NCBI GenBank assembly: GCA_045837725.1
Contig: JBEWZL010000260.1
Coordinates: 434,001-498,000, forward strand
Source of the DNA: Vermamoeba vermiformis
Taxonomy: Eukaryota
Reading direction: 5' to 3'
Length of the DNA: 64,000 nt
The stretch's first letter is position 1; each line of letters starts with the position of its first letter. The notes below the pieces were generated by a model. The model was not told the DNA's origin. It did not search any database and saw only the letters and a program-made list of their open reading frames with translations. Shown here in pieces: positions 28,537-41,700 of this stretch. The translations under genes were made by a program, and so were the position numbers.

Positions 28537-28932
28537 ATGAACCAACGACTTGGCCAAATTGCGCTTCTGGTTGATGATTACGACAAGGCTTTGGAGTTCT
28601 ATACCAAGAAATTGAATTTTAAATTGATTGAAGACACTCCTTTGAGCGACACTAAGAGATGGGTTGTCGTCGAACCTTCTGGTGGCGAATCCGGTGCTCG
28701 TTTATTGTTGGCCAAGGCAGATTCTGATGAACAACGCAGTCGTATTGGCAATCAGACTGGCGGTAGAGTATTTTTGTTCTTGTACACGACGAATTGCTTG
28801 AAGGATCACGAGCATCTGGTCTCACAAGGAATCAAAATCGTTCGTGGCCCCGATGTTACTCCGTACGGCACTGTATTAGTATTTGAAGACCTGTACGGCA
28901 ATCAATGGGATCTGATCGAGCGAAAAAAATAA
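28537..28932 (+). CDS. VOC/glyoxalase (bleomycin-resistance/extradiol dioxygenase) family protein, intronless
   Basis: IALLVDDYDKALEFYTKKLNF, KRWVVV, RIGNQTGGRVFLFLYT, PYGTVLVFEDLYGNQWDL. Confidence 0.93.
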   Translation: MNQRLGQIALLVDDYDKALEFYTKKLNFKLIEDTPLSDTKRWVVVEPSGGESGARLLLAKADSDEQRSRIGNQTGGRVFLFLYTTNCLKDHEHLVSQGIKIVRGPDVTPYGTVLVFEDLYGNQWDLIERKK

Positions 28933-29027
28933 AAAGAATGCATTTTTGCAGTTTTCGAACAAAAAACGGTTTTTTTACCTTTTTTTACTTATTTTTACCT
29001 GGTCTGAACAACGCACCACAAACTACT

Positions 29028-30150
29028 ATGGAAAAAAACAACCAATCTGATCTTAGCTTCTTAGCCAAGGACGATCCAATGCCGACAGTTCTTACAGTTA
29101 AAGAAGAGATGTTACACGACTTCATGCGTGTTGGCATTGACCAAAAAATCGCAGACAGTTTTTTAACTTCTTGCGAATCAGTTCTACAGCGCGACTCTGA
29201 ATTGGATTCAGCACTTCATCTGCGAAAGGCACAACCACATTCAAGACCCGGAGATATTAGCAGACGCAGGAAAGTACATGGCGGCTCTTGGTTTCAAGGA
29301 TTTTCCGCCAGTCGACCCATTCGTGTCTAAAAGAGAGTCGTTGCTCAACTTCGCCCTGCAACACGTGTATGAGTCCTTGCTAGTGGTGGAAGGTCCACTA
29401 CTAGGTGCTGAGTTGTCGCTAAACAACTGGCATCTCGTCAACGCGAATGCTAACACAGAAGGCGCTGAGCCCAATTTCGTGGCCGTATTCATTACAGACG
29501 AACCAAACAAAATATGGGAGAACAACGTGACGGAAAAGATTACGGCATTGCAACGCTTAAATGGCACTAAAGAGTTTTGGTACCATGGAACTAGTCTAGT
29601 CAGTGCAACAGCTATTGTTGAGAGCGGGATTGACCGAACTGCTTGTAGAACGCGAACAGATTTCAGTCGAGATCCAGCTTTTTACCTCAATTTTTTATTG
29701 CGCGGCGAATTTGGAGCAGTACATTGGTGCCGTTCAAACTATTGGAGTCGAGCAAAGAGTAGTGCTATATTAATTTATGCACTGCCACCTGAGTGGTGTA
29801 CTCATCGTCACGACCATGACGTGCTAGATGCTGAGAGAGGCGACGAGTGGATGAACTTTGTAAATTATTGCCGTTGGCCAAAGAAAATGATTGCAAAACA
29901 AGCGGTGAGCACGTTGAAATTTGCTGTCAGTCGCATTAACGTTACTATTTAGCCTGCAAATGCTGCTCTGTCTACCGTGGAAGGGCAAATGTGCGGGAAT
30001 GCCGATGCAGTATCTAGCAGCCATGTCGGGGCACATTCGCTGCCTGGCTCTTGGCAACTTGCCTTACGTGATGATAACGCTTGCTCTTTCTTTGATAAGC
30101 ACTTGGTTGGTGCTATTGTGTTTAGGGTCCATAAAAGCGGAGGAGAATAA
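29028..30150 (+). CDS. DUF3990-like ADP-ribosyltransferase-fold protein (one frameshift near 29165, one intron near 29905-29952)
   Basis: WYHGTS, GID..RTDFSRDPAFYL, EWMNFVNYCR; after the intron, VEGQMC and WQLALRDDNACSFFD. This follows the DUF3990 motif order as recalled. Confidence 0.65.
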
Positions 30151-30358
30151 GAATCACCTTTGCAGAGAACTCATTTAGTCTTCTCCTTGCCTTCGAACGG
30201 AACTCTTTTTTGCACTTTGAAGTATCATGGAATTTGTTGCGACGAAGAAGAGTTGAGTATTCGCAAATAGAAGGTGCACACTGGTTGCGGGTGTATAATT
30301 AGTTTAACGAGACAATTCACACAAGGAAAGCTGATTTGTTTTAAACGTTCGGAAGGAC

Positions 30359-33300
30359 CTAAAATTTGTAAGAACTTTTTGCCGACTTGGCTTTCTTCTT
30401 TGGTGACCGTGACTTCTGTTTCTTGTAATTGTCTTCATGCTCGATCTTGACTAGATGCACCAACGATCGATCGAGTTCAAGGAGATTGGGAATGATATCC
30501 ACTGCTGATTGGTCTGAGTGGTTTTTCACATCCACACGTGCTCCAGCTGAATATGAATCGAAAGGATCAAATTAGACATGTTTCACACAGCAAGAGTGAC
30601 GTACCATCGAGCAGTTTGAACAAGATGAAGCTGAACAAGTGCGCGTCATGCATTGATTGACGATCCCACCCTCCGAGATGGAAGAAGAAGCACGCGTAGT
30701 GAAGTGCTGTGTTGCCGTGGTTGTCTTGCGCGTTCAAATCAACTGCAGAAATGACGTGATATTAGCTATGGGCTATTTGATCTGTAACTCACCTTTGAGG
30801 GCCAAAAAGGCATCAATGATTTTAACCCACTCAGTAGGCACAGGCATATGAGGATAAACGGTACGAGTAAATAACTATTAAGCATAAATTAGTGTCCTAA
30901 TAAGAGGTACTCCACGTACTTTCTCGATGTAGTGCATCAAAGGAGTCTGACCGTTGACTTTTTCGATTCAATGAACTCGGGTCACTTTCAGCGATCTTGC
31001 CGAGCATGACAGCGTCCAGAGCATCGTGCTCAATTGCGGTATGAAGAAGAGACGACACTGACTCCACTGTAGGACTTGCGAATTTGAGGCCTGGTAGAAT
31101 GATTGAGAGTTTGATAACATAAAAGTGTTACATGTCAAAAGTGTCATTACCTCGGATCTGATACAAAGCTGATTTTATGCAACCTGACAAGGGTGGCCGA
31201 TGATCCTTGTGTTGCATCAAGTACTCTAGCCCTGTTTTGCCGTGTTCATCTTCGTTAGCGAGACTGTCCACTATCTGCGGCATCGCTAAAATCTTCAAGA
31301 GGTACTCGTCTGCTTCCTCGATGCGGAATGTAGGGCTACAAGTAGATATTAAAACCAAAAGTACTACTATAAGGGACATACCTGAAATAAGTGCGCTTGG
31401 CGTAACTGGAAGAAAAAGTATTAGCACGCAAATGTGATAAAGCGGAAAACTTTTAGCACGTACATGTGGAAGGGCGTGGTTCCAAACTTGTTCGGCACAG
31501 ACCACAAGTCGTTAAGTGCCGAGGGAAACATGTCACTTTTGTCGAGGAACTGTTTGACATAATCGACGGACCACACAAGCGCGTGCAAGCAGTTGTTGCC
31601 GAATTGGTCTTTGACTGACAGGTCCGTGGGCACTGGACAGTAACTTGGGTCATTTGAAGCTCTGAAGAAAAGGCAATTAGATTTCAAGAGTAATACTCTA
31701 TTCGACAGCTACTTGCTTTTTTGACTTGGTGTGTGCACTAGTGTCATTAGTGAGCCATGAAGGTATTCTCGTTTCAATTATTTCGAGCTGGTTTCTGTGG
31801 ACGAGTTAAAAAACAAGAGAATGAAGTGTCAATGTTGACAACGTACTTTGCAGGCCCCAGCGCGAGTGTCGAGGGAGCTGAGGGAGACTCGCAGGACAAC
31901 GTGTTGTAGGACTTGATGTAGCGATGGTACGGCGAGGTCGGAGTCAGGGCAGCAAGCATGACAGTCATGGCTGACGAATGAATGTTAAACAGACGTGTCC
32001 AACAGCAACACAAGGTAACTCACCCGTCAATTTCAGCGTGTGACTCACTGCATTGGTGTCCGCTCCGTGCTCGACCAATGATTGCATCATGTATTCTTGC
32101 AAGCCAAAAGCAGCGTAGTGCAGAGGAGTAAAGCCGTGTGCGTCACTAAAATGACAGTTTGTCAATGCGAATGGTGTTAAAGTGGTACCTACCGGCAGTT
32201 GACATTCAAATCTGGTAACTTTTGGAGCAACAATTGGAGTAGCTCGTCGTGTGTGGAGATGCATACGTAGTGCAAGAGCGAGCGCGACATGTACTGTATT
32301 GTATCAGAGGTGGGTTTAGATGGCAGACAAATGCGTACCTTGTCAGTGATTGTGACGTCAATGTCGAGTGACAATAAGTGCGTCCACATGTTTTGGTCAT
32401 CCTCACTAGGCCACCTGATTGATAAGACAAAGCCCGCGACAGGCGTGATGCCGAGCTTGTCTTGTGCATTGATGTTCGCACCGTGCGACAGAAGCACTTG
32501 CACCGTGTCATACTTGTGCAAGTACAGTGCGGCGTGGAGTGGTGTCCAGCCATTCAAGTCCTGACGGAGTGCAAATAGATCAGTGTCTGCAAAGATGGAG
32601 CGTATTCAAAACAACACAATAGACTCACAGGTTCGTTGACATGTGCGCCACACTTGAGGAGTGCTGTCACTGTGGTTGCATCGTCTGTTGGATCTTCGCA
32701 CACGAGTAGCAGTGGTGTCTGGCCCTTGGTGCTCTTGGCATTGACATCGAGATTGAGCTCTTTGATGAGTTGTTCGAGCGATATTGAGTTGGCAGACATG
32801 GGCCGTTCATCCGTGGTAGATCGATTGTTCTCTTTGACACCAAATCCAACAGTAGCTTTTCTGGGACTGATCTGGTGATTTCCTAGAGCTGCTAGTCTTT
32901 GCAACTGAAGTAGATGAGCTTGAAAAGGAAAACGAGACTTTTGAAGGGGCGGCCTTCGGAGAGCCAAAGGAAAAATCGGATTGCGCAGCTTTCGGGGAGG
33001 AGCCAAAAGAAAACGCGGATTTTGCAGGAGCGTCGACTTTCGCGGAGCCAATGTTTTTTCTTTTGGGCGGTGGTGACGATTTTTTGCTAGCCTTCTTTAC
33101 GGGAGTGCTTGACAGGGGTAAGCCGCAGATGTAATGAACGAGACTGTAGCCGTTGGCATCAAGATCTTTCGGCTGATGTTCGAGATAGCCACGCCTGTAA
33201 TTGCATGTCATTTTCAGTACTCAAAGGCCAATAAGTACCATCGGACTTACACTAGCGGAAACAGATTTTGTTTGAATTCTGAAATTGCATCACCAATGGG

Positions 33301-35440
33301 GCCACGTCTAAGAGTTAATAATATAAGCATATATATATCACTCTATAACAATCAGAGTTAGGGCCCACTTACTGGTCAGGCAAGCTGTGTTTGACAGCGC
33401 GAAGTACAGTGCTCAGATACAACTTGTTCACATCGAATACACCGCTCTCAATCACGTCTTTCCACTGCAAATACAGAACAAGACATTGTTAGTGATAACT
33501 CTCTCATAAGATCTGAGCGATTGTTGTTGCTTACCCAGTGATGGTTCCAAGTGACCAAACAATCCAAAGCATCCGCGCTCCATTTGGCACCTTGAGCAAC
33601 GAGCAAGAGAGCTGTTTGGAGGTAGCGATGTTCAATAGCGACCTGTCAAGTATACTTTTAGTTCTTTCAAATGACTTACGCATAGTGTTAAACTTACGTC
33701 GAGCAGGGTTGTTTCGCCGCCGAGTTCGAGAACCAAGTTCGCACTAAGACCCTTTGCTAGAATCGCTTGCATTATCTCGGCCATGTCTATAATAATATTA
33801 AGATGTATTCGTCAATCAACTCTTATATCGTGCATTAATTACCTTCATCAGTTATATTCTCAGAGTCGAACAAATGAGCCACTGCAGTCCGGCCATTTAC
33901 CGGCTTCAACGGATCCGCACCTCGTTCCAGCAGCAAAAGACACGATTCTTTTGTGATCATGTACTGTGCAAAGGACGACATGTTCTCGTGGGCCATATTC
34001 GGATCAGCTCCGAGGTCAAGTATTTTTCGAACAAGCTCTACGTTCTCAATTACGCTTGATAAAGGACAATTCTGCCATTACATTAGCGTCGGCAAGACAT
34101 GCGCAATTAGCTTTGAATACTCACTGGAACTGCGTTGAAGCTAAGAGGCAGCACAAACAAGTCAGCAGTGAACGGATTGCTCGCGTCGTCCAGAGTGTTG
34201 CAGTTGACGTCGAGTTTGAGCTCGTTGAACAAGTATTCTAGTAGCTCCAAGTCTAATTCTCTTGACACGAAGTACTGCGCGTAGTTGGTCAGTTTGAGTG
34301 CCGGTCCGATTTGTTTCACAGTGGCCAAGTCACTCAAGTGCAGAAGATTGCTGGACACGACGAGCGTGTTTCCGTATTGCTGGCAGATCGGCGTAGCAGG
34401 CTGTTGACCAAAGCCAAAGCTAAAAGTTCCTTTGGACGGAGTTTCATTGCGATACAAAAACAGCGTTTGAAGGCGAGGTACGTGACTAATAACGAGCTCT
34501 GGAATGTTTGTTGTAGGCTGGCCAAAGCTGAACTTTTTTGTCCGTATCATTTCCTCCGCAACACTCAGGCGCTTGAGTTTTTGGAGGGGCTCGAGAATCC
34601 TCGCCAAACCCTCTTCTGCCATGAGATAGCGGTGCAGGTAAAGCTCTTCGAGATTAGGTGCTCCCTGGATATTATTAGGCACAAGTTGTTTAAAAGACAC
34701 GATGTGAAAGTACCTGCAAGATGCGTGCAAAAACTGAGCTTTCGAACAGCTCTGCGGAGGCTGTCTCATGATGGAAGGAGGTGCAACTGAAGTTTAAATA
34801 CACCAAGTTGGACCAGTTAGGAGTTGTGAAACCCGTATTCCATTTCGCAGACCCCTTCAATAACGGCAATGAGTTTCCCCACGAGTAGTAGGCTACCGTG
34901 AACCGCAAGTAGCGCAACTGAGTGAGAGAAAAAAGAGCCTGAAAGATCCCTTCCCAATCATTGGCAAATGCGACTTCAATGTTGACTTTCGACGTTAGAG
35001 TGCAATATTTAGAAGCGAATCTACTAAACGAATCATCTGCAGAGCCTGTTGTTGGTTCATCCAGAAGCTTGACATCCAATCTGAGCCAACAAAGGGGATT
35101 CGAAAGTGTTGATTGCCAACGCTTGCATACCTTATAAAAATAGCCAATATTAATTGCTAATATTGCGCTAGAGCAGCATTAGGTTGGGACCAATTACTTT
35201 AAATATTTTTAGTAATTTCCACGAAGAGACGTGCATAATGAATCTCTTAAATCTCATTTAAATTATCTTTTTTAAGTATCAAAATGCAGGATTGATCTCC
35301 CCGTCATATATTTCTGGTGGATCTGTTCTTTTGACACTTACTCTAAACAATCTCGCTCGCAAGCGACAATCAAGGCTCGTAAATATTCTTATCCAAATAT
35401 CGTCGATTAAGTCGACATTTTGCTGCATTGTAGGCTCCAT
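30359..35440 (-). CDS. F-box + LRR + ankyrin-repeat protein with FSFG motifs (frameshift near 32870)
   Basis: N-terminal DLIDDIWIRIFTSLDCRLRARLFR|VCKRWQ (F-box); LRR-like exons (PNLEELYL, LQKLKRLSV); ankyrin repeats (GQTPLLLVC, NGWTPLHAA, GFTPLHYAA, GNNCLHAL); ends AKSSYKF-stop. Confidence 0.85.
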
Positions 35441-36379
35441 TGGCAAAAGAAAGACAGGTTCAAAAGTAAAATCGCAGGAATCTTTGTTGTTCTTGGAATC
35501 ACCACGGAAAACACAAGCAAATGGCCTACGATCTTTGGAGCATCGAATCTAATTATTGTTTCAAATGATTTCGTCGTCTACACCGTTCCTTGATCGAGGA
35601 TGCAGATCTTGGACCTAACCGGCTGTTGGCTTAAGCCAACCTTCTTTGCGAGTAATATTCAATTCTACTAGTGAGTGGGGCACACAATGGAATAATTATC
35701 TCGTCACCTAAGCCTGCGCCTAACAAAAAGCTTATGTGAATTAATTGTCCACAGCAGCCATAAAAATAGGACGTTACGAGATCTTACGAGGTGCGTAAAT
35801 GTGTATAATTATTATGGCAGTATTGCAATTTTTTGGAATTTAGTTTCAGGAGCAACATCCACGATTGATCGAACTGTGTGTGATTCATTTTCGCTCCAAA
35901 TGTCTACGTATCTTCACATCATACTCTAATACTGCTTAGAACCATACTATAATGCACGGGACCTGCTATTTGTTCAATCGGGACATTTTAACTGTCCCAA
36001 TTTAGCACCGCGTTGTTTTCTCGTTGTTGGATTAAAGAGCGATTGATCTTTTGGCTTCTATTCGCCTATTTGTACTAGCCAACGACACTGCAGGTACCTT
36101 GCACTAAAACTGAATAAGATTACAGCCGACTGAAGCACGTGGTCGTCCCAATTTTCGTCCCGTCAATTCCGTGTGGAAACGCCGTTATTTTAAGCAATCG
36201 CTGCGTAAACAAACACTAAGCAGCACTTTTCATACGAACGAGCAAAGCTTCATATCATTCTAGCAATACACCAACCGATTTCAATTTCAGGTACGGATTT
36301 TGAAACGCGTACTAGGCACCGGTTTCATATCAGACGCGATACTATGAGTTCTAATTATTTAAATATAGACTGATAAAGA

Positions 36380-38592
36380 ATGGCGAGGCAATCGCGAGCA
36401 GCAGGATGCCAATTCAACTTACTTTCGTTGGCAATATTTTTATTATTCGTTATGCTGACAAATGCCAATATTACCGTCAATATGCGCAACGGAACTACAC
36501 TAGAACTAGATGCAGTAGAGATTATATATCCAGGTAACATGTCACCTTTCAAGAATGGCTTCGAAAATGATAATTATGAAATTGTGATACGAAATCATCG
36601 TATGCTTTACGAGCCTCATTCAAATACAATCAAAACGCTTTTCGCGGATCTACTTTCGTCGCGCGGTATTTATTTAAATGACTTATTAACTTCGGTGCCC
36701 GATTTGATTTCATTTCGCTTCGTTTCTTTCCATGTCAAAAATAGAACCGATTCAAGACTGTGCATTTATATTCATATAGTACACCTTCCATTAATTATTG
36801 ATTTGTGAACTAAATTGTTTCAACTTTATTAAATACAATTAAATGTAACGGCAGCGATGTTCCTCGTCTCGAGACGGATGAAATCTCCCACAGTGTCACC
36901 TAATGGAGACGTTCTAGCGATCCAATGCTAATACAATTATATTACCAGGCAGTAGTATGGAACTAATTGACGCACCACTCACATGCGAGGTGACGAGTAA
37001 CCCAGATGCAGCGTCGGAGAAATGTTTGATAATTCGGAGCGCAATGGCCGTGGATAATCAAGTACTGCACGCACAACAAACGGGGTCTATTGCTGTAATA
37101 GCTATTACGCCGGTATACTGTAAGTAATGTTACAAAATCATTTACTGGGCGCCATCCACCGTCTCTCAATTCCAAATATGGCAATTTCTTCTAGAGAGTA
37201 ATAAAATTTACTCCTCGGGCGACCAAACCATTAATTATACCTTCTAGATGTCGGCGGATTTTTAAAATTTCGCGTGGACAATAGAACAGCGACTGCACTT
37301 ATTGATCTGCCAGTACTTGAAGTACCCAAAATCGATGGAGCCACTTTATGGAATTTAATTTCATCAGACCAGATCTTGAATGTGACTATAACACCTGACC
37401 GTACGTATATAATCCTATTTTAATGATTGCCGAGTCTTATTTCAGTTTCAAAACTCAGATCAAGAAAATCCATGGGCTGTAGTTTTGTTGTCACCTGCCT
37501 TCTACTTTTGGACCGGTAAGTTAAGCTTCTTTATTCAATCATCTTTTAATTTTGAATTAGTCTCGCTGATTGTGTACTCCGCGGTGGATGTAGCGCTGGC
37601 TCTTTGGAAAATAATTGAGTTTTCAAAACGATGGGGCAAATTCCGCTACTCAGTTGCGCTTTGGGTACTAATAATCGAGATTATGTCTAATCTGCGTAAG
37701 TCGAACAACCTTAATTGAAAAATTTTTTGCGCTAACTTCTCCGAAAGTCCGTATTGCGGCCTTGATAGACATCTTTGGTGTGTTCAATATCTATACGGAA
37801 CGAACATTTGCAGCTTTGACCGAGCTCTTCTTCCCCTTCACTATCTCTTCGTACATGTTGTTCGTGCTGTACTGGCACGAGATGATGACAAACACGTCGG
37901 TCATCGTGCATCCGTTCATCACCCAGATGAGAATTCCATTCTTCGTTACTGCAGCCGTTCTATTGCTCTTACAAATTATACGCACAATTCTACGTAATGT
38001 AACGTCGCTGGACAACCTCAGTTTAGTGACCGGTAAGTTCGATCGAGTAGCGACATCCGGATCTGACATCATAATTTCTTTAGCGATTGCATATTTAATC
38101 GTGTCGATCAGTTTGATTGTATTCTACTCGATTACTGGCGGAAAATTATTAGCCAGACTTCGCAAAAGTAAGCAGCTGGGTCGCGTGGTCAGACTTCGAA
38201 GAGTAAGTGTCAAAAAAAAATCGTTACTTGATAAGCGAACTAACCTCGAAGCAGAGCACAATCAAAATTCTGTTCAGTGGTGGTTTCATCGCAACGTTCA
38301 TAATTGTGGCTGTATTATTCGTCGCTGGTCTGGCTTATCGTCCGATTGGTAAGACATTTTTGTCAAGATTTAAATGGATCTAATCGCCTTAATAGGTTGT
38401 CTTGTAATATGGTACATCTTATACACCTTCGCTGATGTTGCCTCATTAATGAACATTCTGGCCTTCGAGTTGCCCTCGCGCAAAGGATCGTCTAAGGGAT
38501 CTGGATCCAGCCAGATTCCAACAAGGAGCGACAGAGCTTCGTCGTTTGCTGTAAAAACTGGTTCTTTGACCGATAGTAGCACTGCGAACTAA
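36380..38592 (+). CDS. PA domain + 7TM receptor-like protein, dispersed copy 5
   Basis: Hydrophobic signal; AQQNGAIAVIAI; IDLPVLEVPKIDG; YWHEMMTNTSVIVHPFITQMRIPFF; MNILAFELP; same exon order as copies 1-4. Confidence 0.8.
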
Positions 38593-38736
38593 TTTAAATA
38601 ATAATACGTGTATTCTAAAAACCTGTACTGCGAAATAATACTGTAGATAGCTTCCATGAATAAAATAATTAAATAATTCAAATAAGTGCTATTATAGTGC
38701 TAGTTTGAGGTCTAAAATAACATGCAATTTATTGTT

Positions 38737-41700
38737 TTATTTTTTCGACGCAGTTAAGACCTTTCGCTTTAAACCTTCCGCAATTTGAACTATCTTCTGA
38801 TCGTTGGCCAATAAATTGGATATTATTGTAGTTAACTTCATATCTCCAACTAAATAAGAGCGTTAGATTCATCTCTTCACCGGATCTTAATAATGTTCTC
38901 CTTACCTTTGAACAGATCCGTTAAAGAAAACCGAGGATCAGTTTGATTAACGGCCAAGCTAATAGCATTGGTCTTGTAGTTATAATTGATAGGCACTTCA
39001 ATCAGAACTTGCTTCCTTGACCATAATCGGATCTAACCGCCAAAATTAGAAAAAAGGCAACGGATCATGATTCAATTTTGTGATCATTACCGTAATACTA
39101 ATCTCCGTGGTCTGTCTCTTGAGAATAAAGCTCTTTTGCGGCGAATAAATGCTCGCCAAAGCCAACTCAAAACCAAGACCGGAAGGATTACTTCGAGATC
39201 GCTATTCAATATGGAATTAGTATCAGTAGTATTAAGTTCTGATAAATAAGCAGCAGATACATACCAACTCTAATTCCATCAACTCGATGAATTGCACCAA
39301 ATTGTCGAATGGCAAGAACAATATTTTCATGAATGACTGTAAATAGTCTGTACGATAAGGCTCGACATTAATCTAATAAAAGTGACGTTAGATATGTTAA
39401 ATAACATCCTATTGTTACGACTATCTGTACCTTAGTGCGGTAATAATTTCTTAGAACTTCAAGTTGGTGCTCATCCAGTGCCTTGCCAGTCTGCGAGTGA
39501 TGAAACGCGCCGTTCTGCACAAAGAACTCGAGTCCTCCACTATAAAAACTACTCAACGCAAAACCAATATCTACGACCTCTAATCGACTTTCAAATTTCA
39601 ACGGGAACTCGTCTTTCTTCGTCACATCAATGCCCTGTTGACGAGTCAGTACGCTATTACCATAAAAGGAAATCACGTGGGTAGTATTACCTCGCTCTTC
39701 AGCAAGGAAGATGAAGCACTCAGATGGAACAGCCCGCTGATGAAGGATTGATAGTGCGTCAAGAACTTGCTCAGTTCAGCGTGGGTCAGCGTGCAGCAGT
39801 TAGCGAGCACAGTGAACTTTTGCGGCCCCTGATTGGCTGCTGTGTCGCCATTGCCATCGCTCAAGTACTGACTGATGTCGTCCAGGCCATTAGCGTATGA
39901 GCCGTTAGCTTTGTTCATGGGCTGCGGTTGTTGCAAGTACTGCGCAAAGGACAAAATCTCCAACAGAGATCGCTCGCCTTGCTTGATTTCTCGCTTGTAC
40001 TTAGCCTTGTTCGCGTCTAAATATCGATTAGTTAGGGATATAAGAGGCATTAAGTGCTCGATGTCGAAGAGGTACCTTCAATGGTGACACGACCCCCGCC
40101 CAAGAATCTGATGTCAATGGCGTACGTAGAGCGATAGAGCAATCGAACGCAGTTGATAGCTCGGGGAATTAACACGAAATCTCCGGGCATCTTGACGCTC
40201 GTGTCAACAAAGCGCATAATCATGCTCAGAGGCTCGAAGCAGTGGAATATTGTCTCGAGGACGATGTTCAAACTGCGATGCGTGTTCAACTGCACAGCTG
40301 CAAAGTTCGCCAGAGGGAATGGATTGGGTGCAAATGACAGTTCGAGCATGTCTCTCTTCCAAGTGATGTGCACAATGTTCTCCTGTTTGTTGGCACCAAA
40401 TGCAATGGACAGTTGTGCGGGACTGAAATAAAGCACTTGGAAGTACTTGGCTTTGACGGGGTTCGGACATTCGCTTGAGACTGGTGGACGCGTTAGTCGA
40501 GCACAATATAGCTACTCATTAGTGATACGTACATTGAATGAACTGTCGCAGCAAGTCGTTGATGTACGTCAGGCCTCTCAAGTCAGACATAAATTTCTTG
40601 AACGAGTCGCGATTGATCTTCGGGTACGAAAATATCCACGTCTTGTTCACGTACTCAATCGTGTGATCACCTAAAAAGGAAATTTAGCTTAGTTTCCTTA
40701 TTTAGTAAGCGCTTTCAACGTACTTGTCTTTTCAGAATTGCATCTGAAGTTGCCGCACGAAGGCTGCATTTCACACAACTGCACTTTCCACGTGTCATGA
40801 TAAATTGACAGCACAATGTCACTAATGAGCAGCGGATCGCACGGCACAACGAAGCTGTAGCCCGTGAATGGGAACATGGACTGCGTGCCAAGCGTTCGAA
40901 TGGCTTTTGACTGGCTCCAGTTCAGTTCGTTGAACGGGATCTGTTGTTCTTCGATTTGACTCAATATGCACAGCGTGTAAATCTTAGTCCTATTATCACA
41001 ATGGTTAGATTAAGCAATGCAATTAGTATAATATGATATTATCGTACCTGCAGGCCTCGATGACCGAGAACAAGATCTGTTGATAAGAGTTGCCAATGCC
41101 GCGGTGATCACTCGCGACAACAGGCTCAGAGACCACGAGACTCATCGTCGACTGCGACAGTTTGATCTTTTTCGTGTGTCTGTGCACTTGACTCGCGTGA
41201 CTGAAGTTCATCACGTCAAATTTCCTTTTCAGTGAATTGAGTTTGGGCTGGTCTTGGTCGGGATACTGCATGTCAATGTTGACAAACTGTACATTGTCTT
41301 CCACGAAATTAGGCTCGATGGCATAAAGATCTCGTAGCTTGAGAATTGCTTGGTCCTTCCTAGAAATAACAAATAATATTTATGCTACGTATAATAATAG
41401 ACGGATATAAATAATTCTTACTTTGTGGCCAATAATTTGAAGCTCGTATTGAACAACGAATCGATTTCTACGACGATGAAATAATCATCCACACTCGCAT
41501 CCGCTACACGCAAAAACAAAGTATTTTCATCGAACATTTTCGCTAGTTCTATATAGTAGATCGTCAATAAACAATACATACCTTGTTAGAATTACAATTT
41601 GACGTACCTTCACTCGCGTTAGGAATTTTGTTCAAACATTCTAACTTCAATCTATTCGCTGTTTGTTCAAAGCTATAAAAAATAGTCTAAAATAACCCCT

